This document shows, piece by piece, positions 16,498 through 25,527 of a DNA stretch of 64,000 nt. The stretch spans positions 1 through 64,000 of the IMG/VR virus record IMGVR_UViG_3300032007_000065. One strand, given 5' to 3'. Both the position numbers and the translations under genes were made by a program. Each line of letters opens with the position of its first letter. Positions within the stretch are counted from its first letter, which is position 1. The stretch is from a virus. Its lineage: Duplodnaviria > Caudoviricetes. The notes beneath the pieces were generated by a model. It made no database searches, had not been told where the DNA came from, and saw only the letters and a program-made list of their open reading frames with translations.

Positions 16498-19431
16498 ATG
16501 CCGTCCTATAGCCAGATTGTGCCTGAGCACAGCTACGCACATGTCATGACGGTCATCAACGACAACAGCGCCAAAACCCAAGCCGCGCTGCAGTCCGTCG
16601 ATGAAACCTACTGCGACATGACGTTCGTGTTCAGTTCTCCGAAGGGCAAAGACCGCGAGCTCCAGTCCGTTTCCGGGCTTGATCAGTTCCGCGAGCGCTT
16701 CGGCGTCGGCACATTTGCAGCTTACGGCCAGCCGTACATGAACGCATATGCGGCTGCCAGCACCAACGCGGCTACGCTGCACTGCCTGCGTGTCACCGCA
16801 GACGATGCGACGTACTCTCTCGGCGCCCTCGTGGCGCACTACAAAGTGACTCCCGGTACCGACACCAACGGTGTCTCCACCGAGCCCGAGTCCTCCAGCT
16901 ACGTGAACCTGATGGGCCACGACCTCGTCGCCATGGATGAAACTGATGACTTCAACGTGACGACAGTCTCCATCGCCGGTCTCAACGTGGCTGCTGGCAT
17001 TTCCGCCGAAAACCACGACACCTTCGGCGACGACGCCGACCTGTCCCACTGCGTCGACGTCACTCTCGATCTGAATAAAGTCTTCACGTTCGATCCCGAG
17101 AAGACCTACCAGATCACCCAGAAGAATCCCCTGCTGGCTCGCTACGCCAACATCGACCCGTTCATCTCCGAGATCGACGGTGTCTGGACGAAGATCAAGA
17201 CCTACTCCGGTGCCGACCTGGCCACCGAAGGGTTTGCCATTCTCGTCGGCAACGTCGTCGATGTGGAGCTCCAGATCGTCGAGTGGGGCAAGATCGAGCC
17301 GACGAATCCTATTAGCAACAACACCGCCATCGGCGTCTCCTGTGCCGACGACCGTGCCGTCATCAACGTCGACAAGGTCAAGTCCGGCAGCGTCGACGGT
17401 GCCAGTCTCATTCTGTCCGGTTCCGTCGTGGCCGGTGTCCTGAACTCCGACCTCTGGGGCGAAGTTTCGGGCAACAACCTCGAGATCGACCTGGTGTTCC
17501 CGAACCTGTCCGACAACGGTCTCTACCGCATCGTCCAGGTCAACGACAACCTGTCGAAGTTCGCCCAGGATCCGACCATCTCGCAGGAGTCCGACGGCTG
17601 GACCAAGGACAAGACCTACGCCGGTGCCGACCTGAAGGACGGCTACGGCATCCTCCTCGGCGAGGGCAAGGGTGGCGCCACCGTCATGGTCTACGACGAA
17701 AACGACGAACTCGTCAGCTTCGCCAACGTGACGAACAACGCTGTCTTCGTGACGGCCCATTCGTCCGAGGCCAATATGGGCGCCATCGGCAATCCGACGA
17801 TCGAGAAGATCTTCGCCGCCGTCGCCTTCACCGACAACGACAGCCTCAGCGTCAAGCTGCAGGCCGAGACCACCTACAATCGCATCATGGCTGCGATCAC
17901 TCCGGAAGAGGACGTCGACATCGACGGCTCCATGGACGTCTACTTCACCTTCGAAGGCACCGATACGGCCGTCACCGACGTGTCGAATCTCGGCAGCATC
18001 ATCGACGTCCCGGCAACTCCGGATGCCGACGGCTACATTGCCGTCAAGATCTTCGAGATGGCCGCTCGCGGTCGTGGTTCCTGGGGCGACAACATTCGTT
18101 TCGTCATCGAGAACTATCCGCGCGGTGATCGTCAGGGCGCCTACAAGTGCTACAAGATGACCATCTACGAGATCGATCGTGCGACGCTCGTCAAGAAGGA
18201 GGAGCACATCTTCTCGCTCGAGAAGCGTGCCGTGTCCGCCAACACCGGTTCTGCGCTCTACGCCGATCTGGTCCTCGGCGATCCGTTCAACGCCTCCGAC
18301 TACGTCGCCATCGCCACCAATGCAAATGTAAATGCCGAGCTCTTCGCCGCCTACAAGCGTGCTGTCCCCAGCACCCAGGTGACGCAGATTCGTTTCGACC
18401 CGCTGTTCGGCATGGCCTACGGCACGTCGCTGACGAAGCTCGACGGCTACACCATCGACACCACCAGTGCCGGCACCGTCTCCCTGTCTGGGGCCTCTGG
18501 CATCCAGCTGCTGAACGGCAGCGACGGCGCCTTCGCTGAGGATGCGCCGAATCGCATCGCCGCTCTCAACGCCGCCTATCTGAAGGCCTACTCCGGTGAG
18601 ATCGACCGGAACATTGCTTCGAGAAAGCTCTTCCCGACGGACGTCTTCCTCGACGCCAACTTCGACACGCCGACCAAGGCCGCGCTCCACAACCTGGTTG
18701 AACAGCGCAAGGACTGCATGGCCATGTACGACATCGGTACGGCGTTCAACACCTACGCCGGGCTTCTCGAGAGCCTCGCCGACATTGAGCCCTACGTGAC
18801 TCTCTACGCCGAGACCATCGAGGCCTACCGTGGCAAGATCCAGGATCCCGTCAGCTTCGAAGTCGTCGATGTGACGTCGACGTACGCACTGGCGGCGATG
18901 CTGCCGACACACTTCCGTGCACACGGCGGCAAGTACGTTCCCATGGCCGGTTCCGCCTACGGCGTCATCTCCGGCTTCATCTCCGGGTCCGCTTACCCGG
19001 TCTACGATGAGGATCTCGACAGTAAGATTCTCGACGAGCTCGAGGCCAACAAGGTGAACTTCCTGAAGGTCAACAGCCGCAAGCAGGTTGTGCGCGGGAA
19101 CCAGGCGACCCGTCAGGACGTCGACACCAACCTCAGCGAGCAGTCGAACGTCTTCATCCTCTTTGACATCGTACGCGATGCCAATCGCCTCTGCGAGCTC
19201 TACGAGTACAACTTCGCCAAGACCGAAGACATGGCTCGGTTCAACAAGCAGGCTGCCACACTGGTGAGCAAGTACGCTCCCCAGGTCAAGACGATTTCCG
19301 GTCAGTTCACCATGACCGACTGGGAGCGCGAGAACGGCATTCTGCACCTCTACATTGACTTCGTCCATGAAGACATCATCAAGCGTTCCATCGTTGAGGT
19401 CAACGTCAACCGTGGACGCATTGACTACTGA
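16498..19431 (+). CDS. Contractile tail sheath protein with duplicated inserted domain
   Basis: ATG 16498 after GAAGGAGG; GRGSWGDNIRFVIE, LLNGSDG, VFLDANF, C-terminal LHLYIDFVHEDIIKRSIVEVNVNR; followed by a tube-like gene. Confidence 0.85.
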   Translation: MPSYSQIVPEHSYAHVMTVINDNSAKTQAALQSVDETYCDMTFVFSSPKGKDRELQSVSGLDQFRERFGVGTFAAYGQPYMNAYAAASTNAATLHCLRVTADDATYSLGALVAHYKVTPGTDTNGVSTEPESSSYVNLMGHDLVAMDETDDFNVTTVSIAGLNVAAGISAENHDTFGDDADLSHCVDVTLDLNKVFTFDPEKTYQITQKNPLLARYANIDPFISEIDGVWTKIKTYSGADLATEGFAILVGNVVDVELQIVEWGKIEPTNPISNNTAIGVSCADDRAVINVDKVKSGSVDGASLILSGSVVAGVLNSDLWGEVSGNNLEIDLVFPNLSDNGLYRIVQVNDNLSKFAQDPTISQESDGWTKDKTYAGADLKDGYGILLGEGKGGATVMVYDENDELVSFANVTNNAVFVTAHSSEANMGAIGNPTIEKIFAAVAFTDNDSLSVKLQAETTYNRIMAAITPEEDVDIDGSMDVYFTFEGTDTAVTDVSNLGSIIDVPATPDADGYIAVKIFEMAARGRGSWGDNIRFVIENYPRGDRQGAYKCYKMTIYEIDRATLVKKEEHIFSLEKRAVSANTGSALYADLVLGDPFNASDYVAIATNANVNAELFAAYKRAVPSTQVTQIRFDPLFGMAYGTSLTKLDGYTIDTTSAGTVSLSGASGIQLLNGSDGAFAEDAPNRIAALNAAYLKAYSGEIDRNIASRKLFPTDVFLDANFDTPTKAALHNLVEQRKDCMAMYDIGTAFNTYAGLLESLADIEPYVTLYAETIEAYRGKIQDPVSFEVVDVTSTYALAAMLPTHFRAHGGKYVPMAGSAYGVISGFISGSAYPVYDEDLDSKILDELEANKVNFLKVNSRKQVVRGNQATRQDVDTNLSEQSNVFILFDIVRDANRLCELYEYNFAKTEDMARFNKQAATLVSKYAPQVKTISGQFTMTDWERENGILHLYIDFVHEDIIKRSIVEVNVNRGRIDY

Positions 19432-19448
19432 GAAAGGAGGAGTTGAAC

Positions 19449-20315
19449 ATGGCACTGAAGACGATTCAGAACGGCATCAAGTCCAACACCAAGGACTATA
19501 ACAGGTTCAGCTACTTCCTTAGCGGAATCGATGTCACCCAACAGAACCTGGCGGGTTTCGACCCGTACATCCAGGGCACCAGCAGAATCTTTCTTTACAC
19601 GCCGCCCTTCTTCATGGAGCAGGGCTTCCCGACTCAGACGACGGTCTTTAAGTCCATCGTCGAGACCGGCTACACCCGCGTCGACGGCATCGCCGATCTG
19701 ACGGTCGACTTCGTGGAGTTCGAAGGTGGCTTTGCGGGGCAGAAGTTCTCGAACGTCAGCCTCGTCCGCGACGACACCGACACCTTCACCATCACGGTCT
19801 ACGAGCAGTCCGGTTCTCCGGTCCGCGAGTTCCTTGACACGTGGGTCACCGGTGTTCGCGATCCGCGCAGTGGCGTCGCCCACTACCACGGCCTGCTTCT
19901 CGAGCACGGCGAGACCTACCCGACTGCCACCGTCATCAACGCCGACGGCGCTCAGGTTCCCAAGGTTCCCTACGGCGAGAAGTACCACACTGCGGAATTC
20001 ATCTACTACGATCTGACGCCCGACATGCAGGACATTGAATATGGCTGCATGCTGGCCCACTGCTTCCCGACGAAGGTGCCGAAGTCCCACCTGAACTTCG
20101 AGCACGGCGTCCGCGACAACGTCAGTCTGGAGATCGAGCTGCGTACCACCAAGTACGAGTCCAGCTACATCAACCAGATCTGCGAGTGGTATCGCCAGAT
20201 CGACAAACTCAAGTGGAGCTACCTGTCCTTCAACCCGGGCATCACCCAGGAGGAGGTCAACTCCAGCTACAAGCTGCAGCTCAGCGACGGCGCTGGCTCC
20301 GGTCTTGCAGAGTAA
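19449..20315 (+). CDS. Tail tube protein (putative)
   Basis: Directly after the sheath; FLDTWVTGVRDP, EFIYY, AHCFPT typical of myovirus tubes. Confidence 0.75.
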   Translation: MALKTIQNGIKSNTKDYNRFSYFLSGIDVTQQNLAGFDPYIQGTSRIFLYTPPFFMEQGFPTQTTVFKSIVETGYTRVDGIADLTVDFVEFEGGFAGQKFSNVSLVRDDTDTFTITVYEQSGSPVREFLDTWVTGVRDPRSGVAHYHGLLLEHGETYPTATVINADGAQVPKVPYGEKYHTAEFIYYDLTPDMQDIEYGCMLAHCFPTKVPKSHLNFEHGVRDNVSLEIELRTTKYESSYINQICEWYRQIDKLKWSYLSFNPGITQEEVNSSYKLQLSDGAGSGLAE

Positions 20316-20351
20316 CTACTGTCAGTCCTTCCATCAGGAATTGCAGTATAG

Positions 20352-20386
20352 AAAGGCTACTAGGCTTTCAGGGCCTAGTAGCTTTT
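20352..20386 (+). terminator. Intrinsic terminator
   Basis: aaaggctactaggc-tttcagg-gcctagtagctttt. Confidence 0.75.
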
Positions 20387-20433
20387 CACCGTCTCGGCGA
20401 CGTCCTGTTAAAACTGTCAATCATAGACGAATG

Positions 20434-20444
20434 CCGTATATCAT
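20434..20444 (+). promoter_or_regulatory. Phage promoter motif CCGTATATCAT
   Basis: Motif variant just before the SD of 20470. Confidence 0.65.
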
Positions 20445-20469
20445 AGACCTGAAAGGAGGACTGACATCT

Positions 20470-21207
20470 ATGAAGAAGTACGCAACCAGAGACCAGGTGA
20501 TCACCGTGCTGCAGCGTTTGAGTCAGACCATGAGTCCCGATAAACTCATGACGCTACTCGGACTGCCCGCAGGTCACGTTGTCAATGGTCATTACAATCT
20601 AAGCTGCACCATGGAGCAACTTGCAACTGCGATACGCCGTTACATCGACAATCTCCGCAGCGACGACGACGAGACCATCATTGTCGACTCGCTGCCGTCG
20701 ACTGACTCCGATGAACCTGTCGCTCAGGGCGGCGACTTCGTTCGAGCCGTCACTCGGCCCGACGTCGAAGTCGACCCATTTAAGAAGCCGGAGGTCCCCG
20801 GAGGCCGGAAAGTCACGAAGTCTGACGTCGTGAATTCCATGGACCGCGTCGAAGGGCTCGATGAACTCCGGGCGAAGATTCAACTGCCAATCGATCAGAA
20901 AGTCACCGGTGCCGTCCCAGTGGAAGATAGTGTCGGACTCGAATACCAGCACATTCGGATGCCATTTGATCCGGGCGACGAGAACATGTTCCTCGGCGGC
21001 GACAGCTATGAGACGATGATGGCCATTGAGCAGAGACTCAAGAAATGGGGAGTCGGCCGTCGCCATATCACTGAAGTCTACGACATCGATTCGACGTCCA
21101 TCTATCCACGCATGATCGTTCAGGTGCCAACGTTTGGACCGAAGATGAGAATCCCGTCTCCGCTTGACTCATTGAATCTCGATACGACGACACTGAGTTC
21201 CATCTGA
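20470..21207 (+). CDS. Hypothetical protein
   Basis: ATG 20470 after AAAGGAGG. Confidence 0.75.
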   Translation: MKKYATRDQVITVLQRLSQTMSPDKLMTLLGLPAGHVVNGHYNLSCTMEQLATAIRRYIDNLRSDDDETIIVDSLPSTDSDEPVAQGGDFVRAVTRPDVEVDPFKKPEVPGGRKVTKSDVVNSMDRVEGLDELRAKIQLPIDQKVTGAVPVEDSVGLEYQHIRMPFDPGDENMFLGGDSYETMMAIEQRLKKWGVGRRHITEVYDIDSTSIYPRMIVQVPTFGPKMRIPSPLDSLNLDTTTLSSI

Positions 21208-21209
21208 AA

Positions 21210-21220
21210 CCACATATCAT
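21210..21220 (+). promoter_or_regulatory. Phage promoter motif CCACATATCAT
   Basis: Exact motif copy upstream of 21272. Confidence 0.65.
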
Positions 21221-21271
21221 TCGGATGGACGAAGAAAGTCGGAATCGAGATTTGATGAAAGAGAGGAATGG

Positions 21272-21457
21272 ATGAATCTAATCAATGCATTTGTGGCAAT
21301 GTATCTGGTGAGCGGTCTCATATGCGGTGGGCTCTACGTCATTGGAGCGCTGCGTCGGTCGCCGGATCATCTCAGGCGGCACTGGGTCTCTTGCATTTTG
21401 GCGTTCCTGCACTGGCCGGTGATTTTCATCGACACAGTCGACGCCAGATTCGGCTGA
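21272..21457 (+). CDS. Small membrane protein
   Basis: 61 aa, two hydrophobic segments, lies between a promoter motif and a terminator. Confidence 0.65.
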   Translation: MNLINAFVAMYLVSGLICGGLYVIGALRRSPDHLRRHWVSCILAFLHWPVIFIDTVDARFG

Positions 21458-21465
21458 CCGCCGAG

Positions 21466-21504
21466 AAAAAAAGAAACAGAGCACTCGGCTCTGTTTCTTT
21501 TTTT
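21466..21504. terminator. Bidirectional intrinsic terminator
   Basis: aaaaaaagaaacagagc-actcg-gctctgtttcttttttt between convergent genes. Confidence 0.85.
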
Positions 21505-21513
21505 GTATGTGGA

Positions 21514-24279
21514 TCAGATGTTGAGGTTCAGGTCTTCACCCTCGCCACCGGCGGGCTGTTCAGCTCCAGCTTCGGGTGCTCCGGGTTCCGGCGCTTCATC
21601 CATTCCGGGGATTCCGGAGACGACGTCGTCGGGGTTCTCGACCTTGGCCATTTCGTTCATGGCTTCGACGGTCTGTTTCTTGACCTTGTCACCCATAACT
21701 TCGGCCACTGCCTGTTCATAGAGGTCATCGAGGTTGTCCCAGTCGAGGAACGGCACCTCGCGACGAACGATCTTTTCGGTGTATACGGACTTGATGCGCA
21801 TGTCGGCCGGTTCACTCTTGTCTTCGCCGACCTTAACGTTGGCCAGCATCTGGGCGTTCTGGTAGGCGGTGCCGAGGGCTTCGGAGTTATTCTGGTTCGC
21901 CAGAATCCTGGGCCTCGGCAGTTTCACCTGCAGGGTACCAACGACGAGATTCTTCAGAGTGTCGTCCATGTCGGAGTCTCGGACCAGACAGCGATAGAGT
22001 TCCGTCAGGGGCTCTTCGAAGTCGCTCTGGAGAGATGCTACACGTCCGGCCACTTTGATGTTGTCGGAGACGATCTTCTTGGCAACTTCGACATTCGACT
22101 CGTAGTCCATGGCCGTCGGCGGAATGCCGGTGGCTAGGATGCCCCAGCGTTCCAGCATCTGTTCGTAGTCCGTCGACAGGTTGATGTCCTGACCCTCCTG
22201 GGTCTCAAAGTCGACGAGTCGATTGCCGGACAGATCCTTCGGCATTGCAATGTTCGAGTCTCTGGTAATCTTCGAGAACACCATGGAGCTCGACAGAAGG
22301 TCGGTGAACGTGACGTTGCCGGCCTGGAGGTCTCGGATGACGCGGTTCACCTGATTCGACAGGGACTTCGTCACCTTACCACTCGAGATGTGGGCGATGG
22401 TCTTGTTGCCACCTTTGTTGATGTAGTTCAGCATCTTGGTGATGACGATCGACAGCAGCAGATGGGCCGGGAACATGGCCTCCGACAGAATCGATTCGCC
22501 GTGGCCGTTCTCGTCTTCGTTGCACTTGAACTCGATCATGTTGTCGACGGGAATGAACTGGATCATGTAGTCGTTGTCAACGAGTCCATTGGCAATGATG
22601 CACTCGGCGATGAGCTGCTTGAAGGCAGCATTCTTTTTGACGAACTTCACCGAGAACTGGTCGATGATGGCACCGGAGATGCTGTCGACGATGTTCTGGA
22701 TGGCGTCCTGTTTCTTCTTCTCGGAGATGTCCATCTGGTCGAAGAGAGACATGGAGGCGCCGGTCAAGATGCCGCCAATCTCGGTGCCGTGGCCACCGGT
22801 CTTGGAGCCGCGGCCGCGACGTTTCCGATTCTTCGGTGTCGCGATGACGTGGTAGTAGCCGACCCGCTGGCCAAGTACCTCGATGGGGATGACGTACTTG
22901 TAGTCGATCCACTTCAGATAGGTGCCGGAGACGCCGTCGAAGTTCTGGCCGCGACGACGGTTCGTCGGATCGTCGGGGTCGACGGTGCCGTCGGGGACTC
23001 TGTCGTCGTAGGACCTCGGCGCATTCGCCACGTCAGCCTTCGACTTGGTCGACTCCCGGTAGTCCTTTCGGAGATTGAAGAAGTCGTTGTAGCCCTCCAT
23101 GGCAATGGTGGCCGTGTCGTCGATGGCCGAGAACATGATCGGCGAATCGATGAAGTAGAAGTTCGGCATGTCGGCTTCAATAGCGCCGACGAGCTTCTTC
23201 GAGAACTCCTCTGCGGTGACGGCGTTTCCGTCCTGGTCACGGCCGAATCGAGTCGCCTGTTCAATGGCACCGGAGACGGCGTCACGAATCAGGGTGCTGT
23301 CGAGGTCGGCCTTGTAGACGAATCCGTCTCGGGCCAGGTACTTCATTTCGGAACCGAAGTTCTCGAAAGCCGGTTCGAAGCCGAACTGTTGGATTGGGCG
23401 CAGCGGAGCGACGTATCCTTCAAAGGCTTCACTGAGGCCGGCGTTCTGTTGGGACTCCTGGGCGATGCCGAGGACATTTGGCTTCGAGGGCTTGCGTCCG
23501 TTGCCGCCGGCGATGGTGCCGGGACTGTCGTGGGGGTCTCCCATGCGGGCATTCGTCGTCTGCTGGGCGCCGAGCTTCGTGATCTTTCCTTCGGCGAGGC
23601 CTCGGCTGTACATGCCAAAGAGCTCCGTGTAGGGAATGTGGTAGACATAGAAGGATCCGGTCACCAGTGTCTTGCGGATGGCGACCTTGACCTTACGCTG
23701 GATCTTGTACTGGTCCTCCAGGGTCTCGATGGCCTTTGTAGCGAGACGAAGCGAGTTGTCGTCGGAGATGCCGGGGATCAGCAGGTTTCGTGTAATGGTC
23801 TGAGAGACGTCGTCCGACGAGACAATGGCATCGAGATAAATGCGCACGGCCTCGCCCAACGACGGGATGAATTTCGAAATGAACTTCAGATCGGACACTT
23901 CGAGATAGCGATTCTTGTGGATGTCCTGGAAGTATCCGAAGATCTCGCCGACGTTCTGTGTGAATAGGTCGGCAGTGTCGACGGACGGTGCCCGATTTCC
24001 GCCACGCGGGCGAATCCGTTTGCCGTCCTGCTGCGCCCGGATGGACGCGATGAAGTCGACGATCTGGTTGCCGGCGACGCCCTTGGCGACGTCGAGCTGT
24101 CGGTCGATGACACGCTGGAATTCGGCATCCTGCTCCGACAGCAGCTTCCGGTCGGTGTACGTGGGGTCGGTGGCCTGCAGCACTCGGTTGACGGCCCGGT
24201 CGAGCAGCGATGCTCTCTTCATGGCCTGGTTGTACTGCTGACTACTCATCGACTCCTGAATATCTTTATCGTCGGGCAT
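21514..24279 (-). CDS. Portal protein (putative)
   Basis: 921 aa; GESILSEAMFPAHLLLSIV...NYINKGGNK and GIPPTAMD resemble T4 gp20-type portal segments; located in the virion gene region. Confidence 0.65.
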   Translation of the reverse strand: MPDDKDIQESMSSQQYNQAMKRASLLDRAVNRVLQATDPTYTDRKLLSEQDAEFQRVIDRQLDVAKGVAGNQIVDFIASIRAQQDGKRIRPRGGNRAPSVDTADLFTQNVGEIFGYFQDIHKNRYLEVSDLKFISKFIPSLGEAVRIYLDAIVSSDDVSQTITRNLLIPGISDDNSLRLATKAIETLEDQYKIQRKVKVAIRKTLVTGSFYVYHIPYTELFGMYSRGLAEGKITKLGAQQTTNARMGDPHDSPGTIAGGNGRKPSKPNVLGIAQESQQNAGLSEAFEGYVAPLRPIQQFGFEPAFENFGSEMKYLARDGFVYKADLDSTLIRDAVSGAIEQATRFGRDQDGNAVTAEEFSKKLVGAIEADMPNFYFIDSPIMFSAIDDTATIAMEGYNDFFNLRKDYRESTKSKADVANAPRSYDDRVPDGTVDPDDPTNRRRGQNFDGVSGTYLKWIDYKYVIPIEVLGQRVGYYHVIATPKNRKRRGRGSKTGGHGTEIGGILTGASMSLFDQMDISEKKKQDAIQNIVDSISGAIIDQFSVKFVKKNAAFKQLIAECIIANGLVDNDYMIQFIPVDNMIEFKCNEDENGHGESILSEAMFPAHLLLSIVITKMLNYINKGGNKTIAHISSGKVTKSLSNQVNRVIRDLQAGNVTFTDLLSSSMVFSKITRDSNIAMPKDLSGNRLVDFETQEGQDINLSTDYEQMLERWGILATGIPPTAMDYESNVEVAKKIVSDNIKVAGRVASLQSDFEEPLTELYRCLVRDSDMDDTLKNLVVGTLQVKLPRPRILANQNNSEALGTAYQNAQMLANVKVGEDKSEPADMRIKSVYTEKIVRREVPFLDWDNLDDLYEQAVAEVMGDKVKKQTVEAMNEMAKVENPDDVVSGIPGMDEAPEPGAPEAGAEQPAGGEGEDLNLNI

Positions 24280-24349
24280 TGGTTTTCACCACCTTGTGAT
24301 TTTCGACGTATTAACCCGATGTTTCCGAGCCAGTATCCTACGGGACCTG

Positions 24350-24391
24350 AGCGAAAAGTCTCGAATTTCGGCCACATATAATTCTAGTGAG
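24350..24391 (+). promoter_or_regulatory. Stable-RNA-type promoter, copy 1
   Basis: agcgaaaagtctcga-N7-ccacatataattct-N-gtgag; same blocks and spacing at 30632. Confidence 0.8.
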
Positions 24392-24405
24392 AAAACATGG
24401 AGAAA

Positions 24406-24478
24406 CATACCGAAGTTCTAGTGGTGGAACGCAAGTCCAGAAAACTTGAGGTTGTCGGTTCGAGTCCGGCCGGTGCGG
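24406..24478 (+). tRNA. tRNA-like gene, anticodon AGA (Ser?), atypical or pseudo
   Basis: Acceptor cataccg/cggtgcg (one mismatch), D stem gttc/gaac, anticodon stem caagt/acttg with loop cc-aga-aa, T arm gtcgg-ttcgagt-ccggc; no encoded CCA. Confidence 0.7.
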
Positions 24479-24533
24479 GGCGCAAGCTCCGCGCTATGTT
24501 TTCTTGCTAGTGAATCTTCTTTTTTGTTGCTGG

Positions 24534-24580
24534 GGAACGACTGCTGTTGGCACCGTAAGAGTTTTGTCGTTTCATTTTCA
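24534..24580 (+). repeat. Cassette-associated hairpin site S1
   Basis: ggaacgac-t-GCTGTTG-gcaccg-TAAGAGt-ttt-GTCgtttc-attttca. Confidence 0.85.
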
Positions 24581-24593
24581 CAATATCTTCATC

Positions 24594-24968
24594 ATGAGCA
24601 ATGCACTTCTGGCGATGTCCGGCCCAGCTTTCGGCAATATGGATGTTACTGTCTACGATGTCTACACAGTTACATCTAGCGAGAATCTTGTATCATCTAG
24701 CAACGCCATCACGATTTTCTCCAATCGCTCATGGACCTGGGCGTTTGTGGATATGCAGAATGCGGGTATAATGATAGCGAGACCATTTGCTATCAAGAAT
24801 TCAGTCAATTTTCAAGACAAGCAAATTTATGGGTTGCAGGGCAATAGTACTACTAGTTTCAATGTAACACTGATTGGCACATCTACTAGTCTACGGGGCG
24901 GGATGATGCCATATACCAATGCCCCATATTACTTCTGGACAATCACCGTCTATGTTCCATCTGCATAA
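24594..24968 (+). CDS. AT-rich cassette protein A (124 aa)
   Basis: MSNALLAMSGPAFG...WTITVYVPSA; no SD; 51 nt after the S1 core start. Confidence 0.75.
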   Translation: MSNALLAMSGPAFGNMDVTVYDVYTVTSSENLVSSSNAITIFSNRSWTWAFVDMQNAGIMIARPFAIKNSVNFQDKQIYGLQGNSTTSFNVTLIGTSTSLRGGMMPYTNAPYYFWTITVYVPSA

Positions 24969-25012
24969 CTCATCGCTGTTGCGTCGTAAGAGCTTCAGTC
25001 GTTTCATTTTCA
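24965..25012 (+). repeat. Cassette-associated hairpin site S2
   Basis: ataact-catc-GCTGTTG-cgtcg-TAAGAGc-ttca-GTCgtttcattttca; overlaps the stop of cassette A. Confidence 0.85.
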
Positions 25013-25024
25013 ACTTTCTTCTCT

Positions 25025-25363
25025 ATGGCAGATTCTCTTGGCACTTTCTGCATTGCCTCGGCCGGCAGCGGATCGACAACTGTGACTCTGGTCGCAAGTG
25101 GAGCAGCATCAGGCGGCACATCTGTTACTCTATCATCGGCGGCAGTATTCGTCATGTGCCGACCAATAACATGGTATGGGGCATCCATAACGTCTAGCAC
25201 ACTATGCGTGATCGCTGGAGGGCGGGCGACTGCAGGCTATGATCATCCAGGTGGCGTTACTTATCAGGCGACTGCATCATTAGCTTCTTCTGGAACTACA
25301 CTAACCCTGGGAAATTGGACCGGTGGTTATACCGCAACTTGGGAGTACAATGCATTTGCATGA
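25025..25363 (+). CDS. AT-rich cassette protein B (112 aa)
   Basis: MADSLGTFCIASAGSG...TWEYNAFA; no SD; 50 nt after the S2 core start. Confidence 0.75.
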   Translation: MADSLGTFCIASAGSGSTTVTLVASGAASGGTSVTLSSAAVFVMCRPITWYGASITSSTLCVIAGGRATAGYDHPGGVTYQATASLASSGTTLTLGNWTGGYTATWEYNAFA

Positions 25364-25492
25364 CCGCCGTCACATACCCGACCGAAGATGTGCGAGCCGA
25401 GCCTGGTCGACATGCCGGGGTCTGAAGGCCGCGAAAAAATCCGCCCGGTGGGCGGCGCGGCGCGCCTTCCGCTCCCTTCGGTCGCGCTTTTT

Positions 25493-25522
25493 AGAGACGA
25501 ATTGCTGGTGCAATTCGTCTCT
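25493..25522. terminator. Hairpin/terminator between convergent genes
   Basis: agagacgaattgc-tggt-gcaattcgtctct. Confidence 0.7.
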
Positions 25523-25527
25523 TGATG

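Noticed and set aside
16489-19455. Long antisense ORFs (also 8679-10154, 22390-23967, 27822-29291, 54640-56637 and similar)
   Set aside because: These are shadows of C-ending codon bias on the opposite strand; they lack SDs and fully overlap motif-bearing genes
24547-24565. Sigma-54 promoter in S1 (TTGGCAC)
   Set aside because: No TTGC at -12, and the motif is absent from S2-S4
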